A stretch of 64,000 bases of DNA, taken from assembly GCA_934445015.1 (NCBI GenBank), contig CAKSDJ010000001.1:17985-81984 (forward strand), read 5' to 3'. A program made the position numbers and the translations under genes. Origin of the DNA: an uncultured Eubacteriales bacterium. GTDB taxonomy: Bacteria > Bacillota > Clostridia > Oscillospirales > Acutalibacteraceae. The number at the start of each line of letters is the position of its first letter. The first letter of the stretch is position 1. Positions 45,324-52,899 of the stretch are shown in pieces. The notes below the pieces were generated by a model. The model ran no database searches, was not told where the DNA came from, and saw only the letters and a program-made list of their open reading frames with translations.

Positions 45324-45350
45324 TCTTTTTATCAAGAAGGTTTTGTTATT

Positions 45351-45977
45351 ATGAACTCCACAGGCATTTCAATATCGGTTATTAAACGTTTGCCGCGATA
45401 TTACAGATTTTTGGGCGAACTGAAAAAAGACGGTCTTACGCGCATATCATCGCGCGAACTTTCAGAGCGTATGCACCTTACGGCAAGTCAGATAAGGCAG
45501 GACCTTAACTGTTTCGGCGAATTCGGCCAGCAGGGATACGGTTATAATATAGAACTTTTGCAGTGTGAGATCGCCAGAATTCTGGGCATTGACCGTCCGC
45601 AAAATGCAATACTTATAGGTGTGGGCAATCTGGGCCGCGCAATTGCACACTATATGAATTTTGAGTCAAAGGGTTTTCATCTTATAGGTATGTTTGACGA
45701 AAAAGAATCGCTTGTAGGTCAGATGGTGCGCAACGTTCCTATAAGGCACATTTCTACTTTGGATGAATTTTGTCGCGAAAATATGCCGAGCGCCGCTATT
45801 TTATGTGTGCCTAAAGATGCCGCAAAAGACATTTCAAACCAACTTATAAAACTTGGGGTAAAAGGCTTTTTGAATTTCAGTCATTACGATATATCACTTG
45901 AACACCCCGAAGTTAGCGTTGAAAATATACACATAGGCGACAGCCTTATGACGTTATCATACAAACTTAACAACTGA
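45351..45977 (+). CDS. rex: Redox-sensing transcriptional repressor Rex
   Basis: VIKRLPRYYRFL..ISSRELSE..ASQIRQDLNCFGEFGQQGYGYN, followed by a Rossmann domain (ILIGVGNLGRA). Confidence 0.95.
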   Translation: MNSTGISISVIKRLPRYYRFLGELKKDGLTRISSRELSERMHLTASQIRQDLNCFGEFGQQGYGYNIELLQCEIARILGIDRPQNAILIGVGNLGRAIAHYMNFESKGFHLIGMFDEKESLVGQMVRNVPIRHISTLDEFCRENMPSAAILCVPKDAAKDISNQLIKLGVKGFLNFSHYDISLEHPEVSVENIHIGDSLMTLSYKLNN

Positions 45978-45992
45978 TTAACTTATAAAAAG

Positions 45993-46032
45993 CACGGTGC
46001 AACCATATTAAGGGTTGCACCGTGTTTTATTT
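45993..46032. terminator. Bidirectional rho-independent terminator
   Basis: CACGGTGCAACC-loop-GGTTGCACCGTG followed by TTTTATTTT, with an A-tract upstream. Confidence 0.85.
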
Positions 46033-46053
46033 TATATTCAAAATCTTAAAGCG

Positions 46054-46692
46054 TTAATTTGTCAAAGCCTCATTAAGCCAATTTTCAACATCCTCTTTTG
46101 AGGCTGCCGACGCAAAACGTCTGCCCTCAAGCCAATTGCCGGAACCTGCAATTTGTTTGAGCAATTCTCCGCTGTTGCCGATACCCGAACTTGAAGAAGT
46201 GCAAAACGGAATTACGGTCTTATTCGAAAAATCGTTTGCCGAAACAAAGCCGTTAACCGGCCAGGCGGCTATGCCCCACCAAATCGGATAACCTATATAC
46301 ACCGTATCATATTGCTCCCAATTATCGGGCGCAGTTTTTGCAAGCGGCACATCACGTTTGCTTTCATCACTGTGTTCAAGGCTAACGCGGCTGTTGTCAT
46401 CGCGCCAATCAAGGTCAGCGCTTGTGTATGGTGTTTCGGGTACGATTTCAAAAATATCTGCGTTTAAATTGTCGGCAATTTTTTCGGCAACGGATTTTGT
46501 GCTGCCGGTTGCCGAGTAGTAGACAACAAGTGTTTTTTTGCCCGAAGTTTTTTTGTCGGTTACACTTGCATCTGAAGCGTCGGAGTTAGCGGAAGAAGCA
46601 GCGCCATTGCCCTTATCGGCAGCACCGTTACCGCAGGCAACCAGTGAAAATGCAAGAGCAACACACAGTAAAACGCATAACAATTTTTTCAT
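46054..46692 (-). CDS. Flavodoxin-fold lipoprotein (predicted extracytoplasmic)
   Basis: It has a signal peptide with a lipobox (AFSLVAC), a Gly/Ser/Ala/Asp linker, and then a flavodoxin-like domain (TLVVYYSATGSTKSVAEKIA..IGYPIWWG..). Confidence 0.8.
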   Translation of the reverse strand: MKKLLCVLLCVALAFSLVACGNGAADKGNGAASSANSDASDASVTDKKTSGKKTLVVYYSATGSTKSVAEKIADNLNADIFEIVPETPYTSADLDWRDDNSRVSLEHSDESKRDVPLAKTAPDNWEQYDTVYIGYPIWWGIAAWPVNGFVSANDFSNKTVIPFCTSSSSGIGNSGELLKQIAGSGNWLEGRRFASAASKEDVENWLNEALTN

Positions 46693-46716
46693 AGATATGA
46701 CATCTCCTTTTGTTTA

Positions 46717-47256
46717 TCAAACATTTTTGCCCATATCATAAGCCTGTTTGAAAGCGGGGGTGTTTTTGATTTCACCTATTTCATACGCACCGCTTCCTAC
46801 AATTACACCTTTTTCTACGGCGCCCTCAACGCAGTCGGCATAACCGCGAAAGCAGGCAAGCGTAGTATCGGCAGATGAAATTTCGATGTCTGCCATAGTT
46901 GCTATATAGTAAAACTCTTTGTTTTTTACTTCAAGCCAACGGGCAACGGTTCTGTCAATAACAGCCTTTAACTGAGCGTCTATTGAATAAAAATAAACCG
47001 GACTTGCCAGAACAATAACATCGGCATCAATCATTTTTTGAAGAATATCAGCCATATCGTCGCCCTTTATGCACTTGCCGCCGTGTTTACTGCAATAGTA
47101 GCAACCTATGCAGGGCTCAACTTTTTTAGTTGAAACTCTTATTTTTTCAACAGCGTTGCCGCTGTCTGACGCTCCGCGCATAAATTCATCGCAAAGAAGG
47201 TCCGAGTTGCCGCCTTTTCGCGGACTGCCCGACAAAATCAAAACTTTTTTCGACAT
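46717..47256 (-). CDS. Iron-sulfur flavoprotein (Isf-like NADPH-dependent FMN reductase fold)
   Basis: VLILSGSPRKGGNS is the FMN-reductase loop. The compact CIGCYYCSKHGGKC motif (CX2CX2CX6C) is typical of Isf 4Fe-4S sites. Confidence 0.8.
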   Translation of the reverse strand: MSKKVLILSGSPRKGGNSDLLCDEFMRGASDSGNAVEKIRVSTKKVEPCIGCYYCSKHGGKCIKGDDMADILQKMIDADVIVLASPVYFYSIDAQLKAVIDRTVARWLEVKNKEFYYIATMADIEISSADTTLACFRGYADCVEGAVEKGVIVGSGAYEIGEIKNTPAFKQAYDMGKNV

Positions 47257-47266
47257 ACGGATCACC

Positions 47267-48154
47267 CTACCAATTTTTATTTTCTTTTGTGCAATCGTGC
47301 TGCTTTTTTCGCTGCTCTACCATTTGAACAAACCACTCTACCATAGAAGGGTCATAATGAGAGAAAAACGAACTTGCGTTTTTGTCAAGGGACGCTATCT
47401 TTGCCATATCGTCATTATCCAAAGCAAAATCAAAAACGTTGAAATTTTCCTGCATACGCTCGATATGCGTTGATTTGGGAATAACCACTATTCCCCTTTG
47501 CAGATGCCAGCGCAAAATTACCTGCGCCGGAGTCTTGTTATATTTTTTGCCTATCTCTTTAAGTTCGGGCAAATCAAACATACCGCCTCTGCCTTCGCCG
47601 AAAGGCGCCCAAGCCTCTAACTGTACGCCGTATTTATCGTTCCATTGCTTTGCCGTCTCCTGCTGAAAGTGCGGATGAATTTCAATTTGATTTACCATCG
47701 GCTTTATCCTTGAAAAAGACGCAATATCAACCATTCGGTCGGGATAAAAATTCGAAATGCCTATAGCGCGCAATTTGCCCTCGTCATACAGGTCCTCAAG
47801 CGCGCGCCATGCGCCGTAGTAATCGCCGAAAGGCTGATGCAAAAGCATAAGGTCGATATAATCGGTTTTTAACTTTTTCATTGAATCGATCACGCCTTTT
47901 TTGCATTCTTCATAACCGTAATGCTCTACCCATACTTTTGAGGTTAAAAAAATCTCACTGCGCGGCACCCCTGATTTTTGTATGGCAGAACCCACCTCTT
48001 CCTCGTTAAAATACGCCTGGGCGGTGTCAATAGCGCGGTAGCCCGATTTGAGCGCGTCAAGAACGCACCGCTCGCATTCATCCTTTGTTACCTGATAAAC
48101 ACCGTAACCGAGCTGCGGCATTTTAAGACCGTTAGATAAAGTTACATACAACAT
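47267..48154 (-). CDS. Aldo/keto reductase
   Basis: LSNGLKMPQLGYGVYQV, YRAIDTAQAY, SKVW, LHQP and GISNF are AKR catalytic and cofactor motifs. Confidence 0.92.
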   Translation of the reverse strand: MLYVTLSNGLKMPQLGYGVYQVTKDECERCVLDALKSGYRAIDTAQAYFNEEEVGSAIQKSGVPRSEIFLTSKVWVEHYGYEECKKGVIDSMKKLKTDYIDLMLLHQPFGDYYGAWRALEDLYDEGKLRAIGISNFYPDRMVDIASFSRIKPMVNQIEIHPHFQQETAKQWNDKYGVQLEAWAPFGEGRGGMFDLPELKEIGKKYNKTPAQVILRWHLQRGIVVIPKSTHIERMQENFNVFDFALDNDDMAKIASLDKNASSFFSHYDPSMVEWFVQMVEQRKKQHDCTKENKNW

Positions 48155-48172
48155 AAAATTTTTCCTCCCGAT

Positions 48173-48922
48173 TTACTTTAATTTAAGGTATTCCTCATCG
48201 GTTACTTTTTCGCACCATTCGGTAGACGTGTTTTCACCGGGGACCTCAATTGCAAGGTGCGAAAACCAGCTGTCGCTCGCGGCGCCGTGCCAATGTTTTA
48301 CGCCCGGAGCTATATTTACCGTATCGCCGGGGTTTAAAACCTGCGCCGGTTTCCCCCATTCCTGATAATAACCTTTTCCTGCAACGCAGATAAGAATTTG
48401 TCCGCCGCCTTTATCGGCTTTATGAATATGCCAGTTATTTCTGCAAGAGGGCTCAAACGTTACATTGAAAATGCCTATGCCCTCGGTTGAAACGGGTGAT
48501 AAATAACTTTGACCCACAAAGTATTTTGCAAAGGCGTCATTAGGCTTGCCGACTGAAAAAACCATAGAATTTTCATATCTTTGCTTTTCTGTGTCGCTGT
48601 CGGCGTCGCACCAGATATTTTTTGCCATTCTGAATGCCGCCCATGCCTTAGGCCATCCCGCATAAAACGCGGCGTGGGTCAAAATCTCGGCAATTTCTGT
48701 TTTTGAAATACCGTTTGCCTTTGCCGATTTAAGATGACACTCGAAAGACGAGTCAACAAGACCCTGTGCCATTAAGGCAGTGACCGTAACAAGCGAGCGG
48801 TCGCGCAGCGAAAGTTTGTCATCTCTTGACCAGACCTCGCCGAAAAGAACATCATCATTAAGTTGGGCAAACTTGGGCGCAAATTCACCAAGCGCATCTC
48901 TGCCTGCGGTTACCTTTTTCAT
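48173..48922 (-). CDS. Carboxymuconolactone decarboxylase-family / cupin fusion protein
   Basis: The N-terminal CMD domain reads LSLRDRSLVTVTALMAQG..AEILTHAAFYAGWP. The C-terminal cupin reads NWHIH..GGGQILICVAGKGY..PGVKHWHGA. A GTG at 48937 is an alternative start. Confidence 0.8.
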   Translation of the reverse strand: MKKVTAGRDALGEFAPKFAQLNDDVLFGEVWSRDDKLSLRDRSLVTVTALMAQGLVDSSFECHLKSAKANGISKTEIAEILTHAAFYAGWPKAWAAFRMAKNIWCDADSDTEKQRYENSMVFSVGKPNDAFAKYFVGQSYLSPVSTEGIGIFNVTFEPSCRNNWHIHKADKGGGQILICVAGKGYYQEWGKPAQVLNPGDTVNIAPGVKHWHGAASDSWFSHLAIEVPGENTSTEWCEKVTDEEYLKLK

Positions 48923-48924
48923 AT

Positions 48925-49431
48925 TTAACCGATCCACCTTTCAATATCAGATTTTGATTTATTTACACGGCTGCCGAAAACAGCAAGACCGTTTTCAACC
49001 GTTGCTTCAGGGCAAAGCGCCTTAATATCCGAAACACTTTTTCCCATACCGCTGCCCTCATGCGTGCAAAACGGTTTGATCGTTTTGCCGGCAAAATCAA
49101 AATGCTCCAGAAAAGTAAATACCGCCATGGGCATTGTGTTCCAATAATTCGGAAATCCCAAATATATTACGTCGTATCCGTCAAGCGATTCGGGGTAATT
49201 TTTAAGTTCGGGACGGGCGTTTCGCTGCAGGTCTGATTTTGCCTCCTCCGTACAGGTATTATATACTTTTGAATACGGCTTCATCTGTTCTATTTTAAAC
49301 ATATCGGCGCCCGTTAATTCCTTTATCATTTCGGCAGCCGACTCGGTGTTGCCGACGGCAAGTTTTTTAAGCGTACCGCTTACGTAGTTTTCATCTGCCC
49401 TTGAATAAAAGGCAATCAATTTGTCCGACAT
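48925..49431 (-). CDS. Flavodoxin-like protein
   Basis: ATG at 49431 follows AAGGTGG. LIAFYSRADENY..VIYLGFPNYWNTMP..PFCTHEGSGMG is flavodoxin-fold. The long N-terminal extension in the ORF track has no RBS. Confidence 0.8.
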   Translation of the reverse strand: MSDKLIAFYSRADENYVSGTLKKLAVGNTESAAEMIKELTGADMFKIEQMKPYSKVYNTCTEEAKSDLQRNARPELKNYPESLDGYDVIYLGFPNYWNTMPMAVFTFLEHFDFAGKTIKPFCTHEGSGMGKSVSDIKALCPEATVENGLAVFGSRVNKSKSDIERWIG

Positions 49432-49455
49432 TTTTAAAACCACCTTTTTTCGATC

Positions 49456-49471
49456 TGTTATAATTATAACA
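49456..49471. promoter_or_regulatory. Perfect 16-bp palindrome in the divergent LysR/flavoprotein-operon intergenic region
   Basis: TGTTATAATTATAACA contains a T-N11-A LysR-type motif. Its half-sites also resemble the TTATAAT half-site of PerR boxes. Confidence 0.4.
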
Positions 49472-49540
49472 CCGAAGCCGTTGACACGGAATATCCGATA
49501 TGTTATTATAGTATTAACCAAAAGTTTACAGAGGTGCATT

Positions 49541-50431
49541 ATGTATAACCCGTTGCTTGATACGTTTTTAGCGGTAGCCGACTGCGGAAGTTTTACAAAA
49601 GCGGCAGAAAAACTGTTTGTTTCGCCCACCGCCGTTATGAAACAGATGAACAGTTTAGAAAACCATTTAACCTTAAAGTTGACACAAAGGACCCAAACGG
49701 GCATAAAACTGACCCCTGCAGGCGAGGTAATATACCGCGACGCAAAATTTATGAAAGATTATTCGCAAAAATCAATTGCAGAGGCAAAGGCAGCGACAAA
49801 AAATTACGATACGACATTTTGCGTGGGTACGTCTTTGCTTAATCCGGCAAAGCCTTTTATGGACCTGTGGTATAAACTAAACCACCGCTTTCCCGATTAC
49901 AAGTTACACCTTGTGCCTTTTGAAGACAACCACGAGGGCATACTGTCGGAAATAAAAAGTTTAGGGAAAAAGTTTGATTTTTTGATCGGCGTATGCGATT
50001 CAAAATCGTGGCTTTCGCTTTGTAAATTTTTGCCGCTCGGCAGATACAAAAAAATGATAGCCGTGCCGCACGAGCATCGACTGGCAGGCAAAAAATCGAT
50101 TGAGTTATCCGACCTGTACGGCGAAACGCTTATGATGGTAAAAAAGGGTGATTCGGGTATAAACGATTTTATAAGAAACGACATTGAAATAAATCACCCG
50201 CAGATAAAGATTGAGGATACGCCGCAATTTTACGATATGTCGGTTTTTAACCGCTGTGCCGAAACGGGCAATGTGCTGCTCACAATTGAGTGTTGGCAGG
50301 ATGTTCACCCGGCACTAGTTTCGGTGCCCGTAAATTGGGATTACAACATTCCGTATGGGTTGCTTTACAGTTCCGACGCCGACCGTGACGTTTTAAAATT
50401 GGTTGAAACGATAAAAGAACTGTTGAATTGA
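49541..50431 (+). CDS. LysR family transcriptional regulator
   Basis: ATG at 49541 follows GAGGTG. The N-terminal HTH reads LLDTFLAVADCGSFTKAAEKLFVSPTAVMKQMNSLE, followed by a C-terminal substrate-binding domain. Confidence 0.92.
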   Translation: MYNPLLDTFLAVADCGSFTKAAEKLFVSPTAVMKQMNSLENHLTLKLTQRTQTGIKLTPAGEVIYRDAKFMKDYSQKSIAEAKAATKNYDTTFCVGTSLLNPAKPFMDLWYKLNHRFPDYKLHLVPFEDNHEGILSEIKSLGKKFDFLIGVCDSKSWLSLCKFLPLGRYKKMIAVPHEHRLAGKKSIELSDLYGETLMMVKKGDSGINDFIRNDIEINHPQIKIEDTPQFYDMSVFNRCAETGNVLLTIECWQDVHPALVSVPVNWDYNIPYGLLYSSDADRDVLKLVETIKELLN

Positions 50432-50445
50432 AATTTTTTGTATTC

Positions 50446-50492
50446 AAAAAGTCAGCGCAAAGGTATTATAACCCTTACGCTGACTTTTTTAT
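50446..50492. terminator. Bidirectional rho-independent terminator
   Basis: AAAAAGTCAGCG-loop-CGCTGACTTTTTT. Confidence 0.8.
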
Positions 50493-50504
50493 TTTAAGTA
50501 AATT

Positions 50505-51326
50505 CTACACAAGTTCAATAATTGCCGCCAGATTGCCGCGTTTGCCGCCCGTTGCCCTGTGCGAGTGCAGCTCGGTATGATTGCAGCAGGTGCAAATATC
50601 GCTTATATCAATGTTGTTTTCATCTATGCCTGCGTCAATTAAAATGTTTTTGTTTGCCGCAACAAGGTCAAGCATAAAATGTTCGGAGTCCCTGCCGTTT
50701 TTAAAAACACCCTCAAGATTTATTTTACTGTTTAAAAACGCCCGATACACCGGCGTGTCCACCTCATAGCAACAACTGCCTATGCAAGGGCCTATTGCCG
50801 CTATAATATTTTTAGGGTCACAGCCAAACTCATTTTTCATTTTGTTTACGGTTACCTCGCCTATTTTTGAAACGGTGCCGCGCCAACCTGCGTGAGATGT
50901 GGCGCAAACGTGTTTTACAGGGTCGCAAAAAAGCAGCGGAGTGCAGTCGGCATACTGCGTTACAAGCGCAACGCCGGATTCGTTTGTTATAAGACCGTCA
51001 ACGTCGGTAAAACAGGGTTTTGTATAGCCGGTGCCGCAATCGGCTTTTGTAACTGTTCGCACGTTGTTTGTATGAGTTTGCCTGCTGAGCACAAGATCGG
51101 CAAGTTCAATGCCAACGGCAGAGCACAAACGGCGATAATTCTCCTCAACGTTTTTGAAATCGTCGCCGCCTAAAAAGCTTAAATTCATACTGCTGTACTG
51201 CGCTGTGCTTACGCCGCCCATACGGGTTGAAAATGCGTGACGCACCGCACCGCAGGCTTCAAGACGCGGAAAAGTTATATAAACCAAATCACCTTTTTTA
51301 TTGACTGTCAAACTGTTTGTGCGCAT
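50505..51326 (-). CDS. pgeF: Peptidoglycan editing factor PgeF (YfiH/DUF152, laccase-domain protein)
   Basis: AFSTRMGGVS, LSRQTHTNNV, DCTPLLF and SHAGWRGT are family motifs. Confidence 0.9.
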   Translation of the reverse strand: MRTNSLTVNKKGDLVYITFPRLEACGAVRHAFSTRMGGVSTAQYSSMNLSFLGGDDFKNVEENYRRLCSAVGIELADLVLSRQTHTNNVRTVTKADCGTGYTKPCFTDVDGLITNESGVALVTQYADCTPLLFCDPVKHVCATSHAGWRGTVSKIGEVTVNKMKNEFGCDPKNIIAAIGPCIGSCCYEVDTPVYRAFLNSKINLEGVFKNGRDSEHFMLDLVAANKNILIDAGIDENNIDISDICTCCNHTELHSHRATGGKRGNLAAIIELV

Positions 51327-52042
51327 TCTTCGATTTCCTCTAAAAGTTTATTTGAGTTTATTATGAGCCGGTTTGCCGCAGACCTGCCCAAATTTTCGGA
51401 TATGCAGTCAAGCGCCTTTTTTATTAAAGGCGGACGTCTGTGCGGCGAGTGGGCATCGCTTGCCAAAAACGATACGTAGCCGCCCTTTATAAGTTTTTTG
51501 CAATACCTGCCCTCATCTTTACCGATTACAGCGGCTGCGTTTATTTGACCGCGCGCGTAACCGTTTGATATTAAATTTAACAGTTTTTTATATCCCGGCA
51601 GTTTGTAATAGCGCTCAATATGTGCGAGTATGGGCATAATACCCATCTGTTCCGAAATATCGGTTATATCCTGCAACACGGATTTTGTAATCGGTTCGCC
51701 GTAAGGCAGTTCAAGCAGAAGAAAATTTGTGCCGCCTGCGGTAAACTGTTTTATTGAGCGGCTTTTGCTTATGCCGTTAAAATACCTGAGTTCGCACCCC
51801 AAAAAAATCTCCGGCAGATTTCTGCTTTTGGCTGTATAATTCAACTCTGAAAATTTTTCTCGGGTTATTTTTACAAAATCTTCACTGTTATCGGTGTTCG
51901 GATAGAAATGCGGCGTTGCAATAACGTGGGTAACGCCCTGCGCCTTCATCATTTCAAGCAAAGTGAGTGACATTTCAATATCGACTGCGCCGTCATCTAC
52001 ACCGGGCAGTATATGAGAATGTATATCAAGATAATTATTCAT
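51308..52042 (-). CDS. cpsB: PHP-family protein-tyrosine phosphatase (CpsB/YwqE type)
   Basis: The N-terminus DIHSHILPGVDDGA, then TPHF, LAHIERY and ASDAH are PHP metal ligands in CpsB order. Confidence 0.9.
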   Translation of the reverse strand: MNNYLDIHSHILPGVDDGAVDIEMSLTLLEMMKAQGVTHVIATPHFYPNTDNSEDFVKITREKFSELNYTAKSRNLPEIFLGCELRYFNGISKSRSIKQFTAGGTNFLLLELPYGEPITKSVLQDITDISEQMGIMPILAHIERYYKLPGYKKLLNLISNGYARGQINAAAVIGKDEGRYCKKLIKGGYVSFLASDAHSPHRRPPLIKKALDCISENLGRSAANRLIINSNKLLEEIEECAQTV

Positions 52043-52059
52043 AATACATCTCCCTTACA

Positions 52060-52110
52060 AAAAAATCGGGAAAACTTATGTTTGGTCATCATAAGCGTTT
52101 CCCGATTTTT
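52060..52110 (-). terminator. Long hairpin between the kinase and phosphatase genes (possible internal terminator or attenuator)
   Basis: ATCGGGAAA...TTTCCCGAT outer stem extended by a CTTATG/CATAAG inner stem, followed on the minus strand by TTTTTTT. Confidence 0.5.
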
Positions 52111-52115
52111 AATTA

Positions 52116-52898
52116 TTATTGTTGCGCAGAACTGTCGGCAGCAGAATTTTGCGGTTTGCTTACATAACCGTAACCGTACTTTCCGTATTTGCGATAACCG
52201 TACTTTCCGTATTTTTGATAGCCGTAACGCCTACCCTGTTTCGGGTTTGCGCCGTTCATAACCGCGCCCAAAATATTTATATCGGCAAATTCGGCGGCTT
52301 CAATAGCGTGTTTTATAGCGTCAGTCGGGGTAAACCTGTCTTTTACCACCAAAACCAGACCGGCAGTCTCGGGTGCGATAACCAGCGCATCGGACACAAC
52401 GTCTACCGGCGGTGTGTCAATAATTACATAACTGTATTTCTGACCTACGGCGTCCATAAGTTCTTTAAACCTTACCGAGCCCAAAAGTTCTGACGGATTA
52501 GGCGGAACCTGACCTGCCGTGATAACATCCAGACTGTCGCTTATATGGGTGACGGTTTCTTCGTACTTATTAAAGCCGGCCAAAATGCCCGAAAGTCCTG
52601 CATTATTTTCTATTTTAAGTTTTTTGTGAATTGTGCTGCGGCGCATATCGGCATCGATAAGTAATACCTTGTCACCGAGTTGAGAAAAAGCGATAGCCAT
52701 ATTGACCGCCGTTGTGGATTTACCTTCGCCGGCACCCGGACTTGTTATACCGAAAATTTTATTTTTACTTGATGAAAGCAAAAACGTCAGGTTTGTACGT
52801 ATTGTTTTATACGCTTCAACCACCGCAAAGGGAACGTGGCGTGCCTCATTTATGCTCATAACTGCGTTTTTGTTTTGGCTTTTTTTAATAATCGCCAT
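52116..52898 (-). CDS. cpsD: CpsD/CapB-type bacterial tyrosine kinase (BY-kinase catalytic subunit)
   Basis: ATG at 52898 follows AAGGGGG. Walker A GEGKST, Walker A' ILLIDADMRR, Walker B IIDTPP, and the C-terminal Tyr cluster YGYQKYGKYGYRKYGKYGYGY. Confidence 0.9.
   Translation of the reverse strand: MAIIKKSQNKNAVMSINEARHVPFAVVEAYKTIRTNLTFLLSSSKNKIFGITSPGAGEGKSTTAVNMAIAFSQLGDKVLLIDADMRRSTIHKKLKIENNAGLSGILAGFNKYEETVTHISDSLDVITAGQVPPNPSELLGSVRFKELMDAVGQKYSYVIIDTPPVDVVSDALVIAPETAGLVLVVKDRFTPTDAIKHAIEAAEFADINILGAVMNGANPKQGRRYGYQKYGKYGYRKYGKYGYGYVSKPQNSAADSSAQQ
52172..52214 (-). repeat. Perfect 19-nt direct repeat with 24-nt period, encoding the Tyr cluster
   Basis: AACCGTACTTTCCGTATTT occurs at 52172-52190 and again at 52196-52214. 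Confidence 0.85.
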
Positions 52899-52899
52899 A

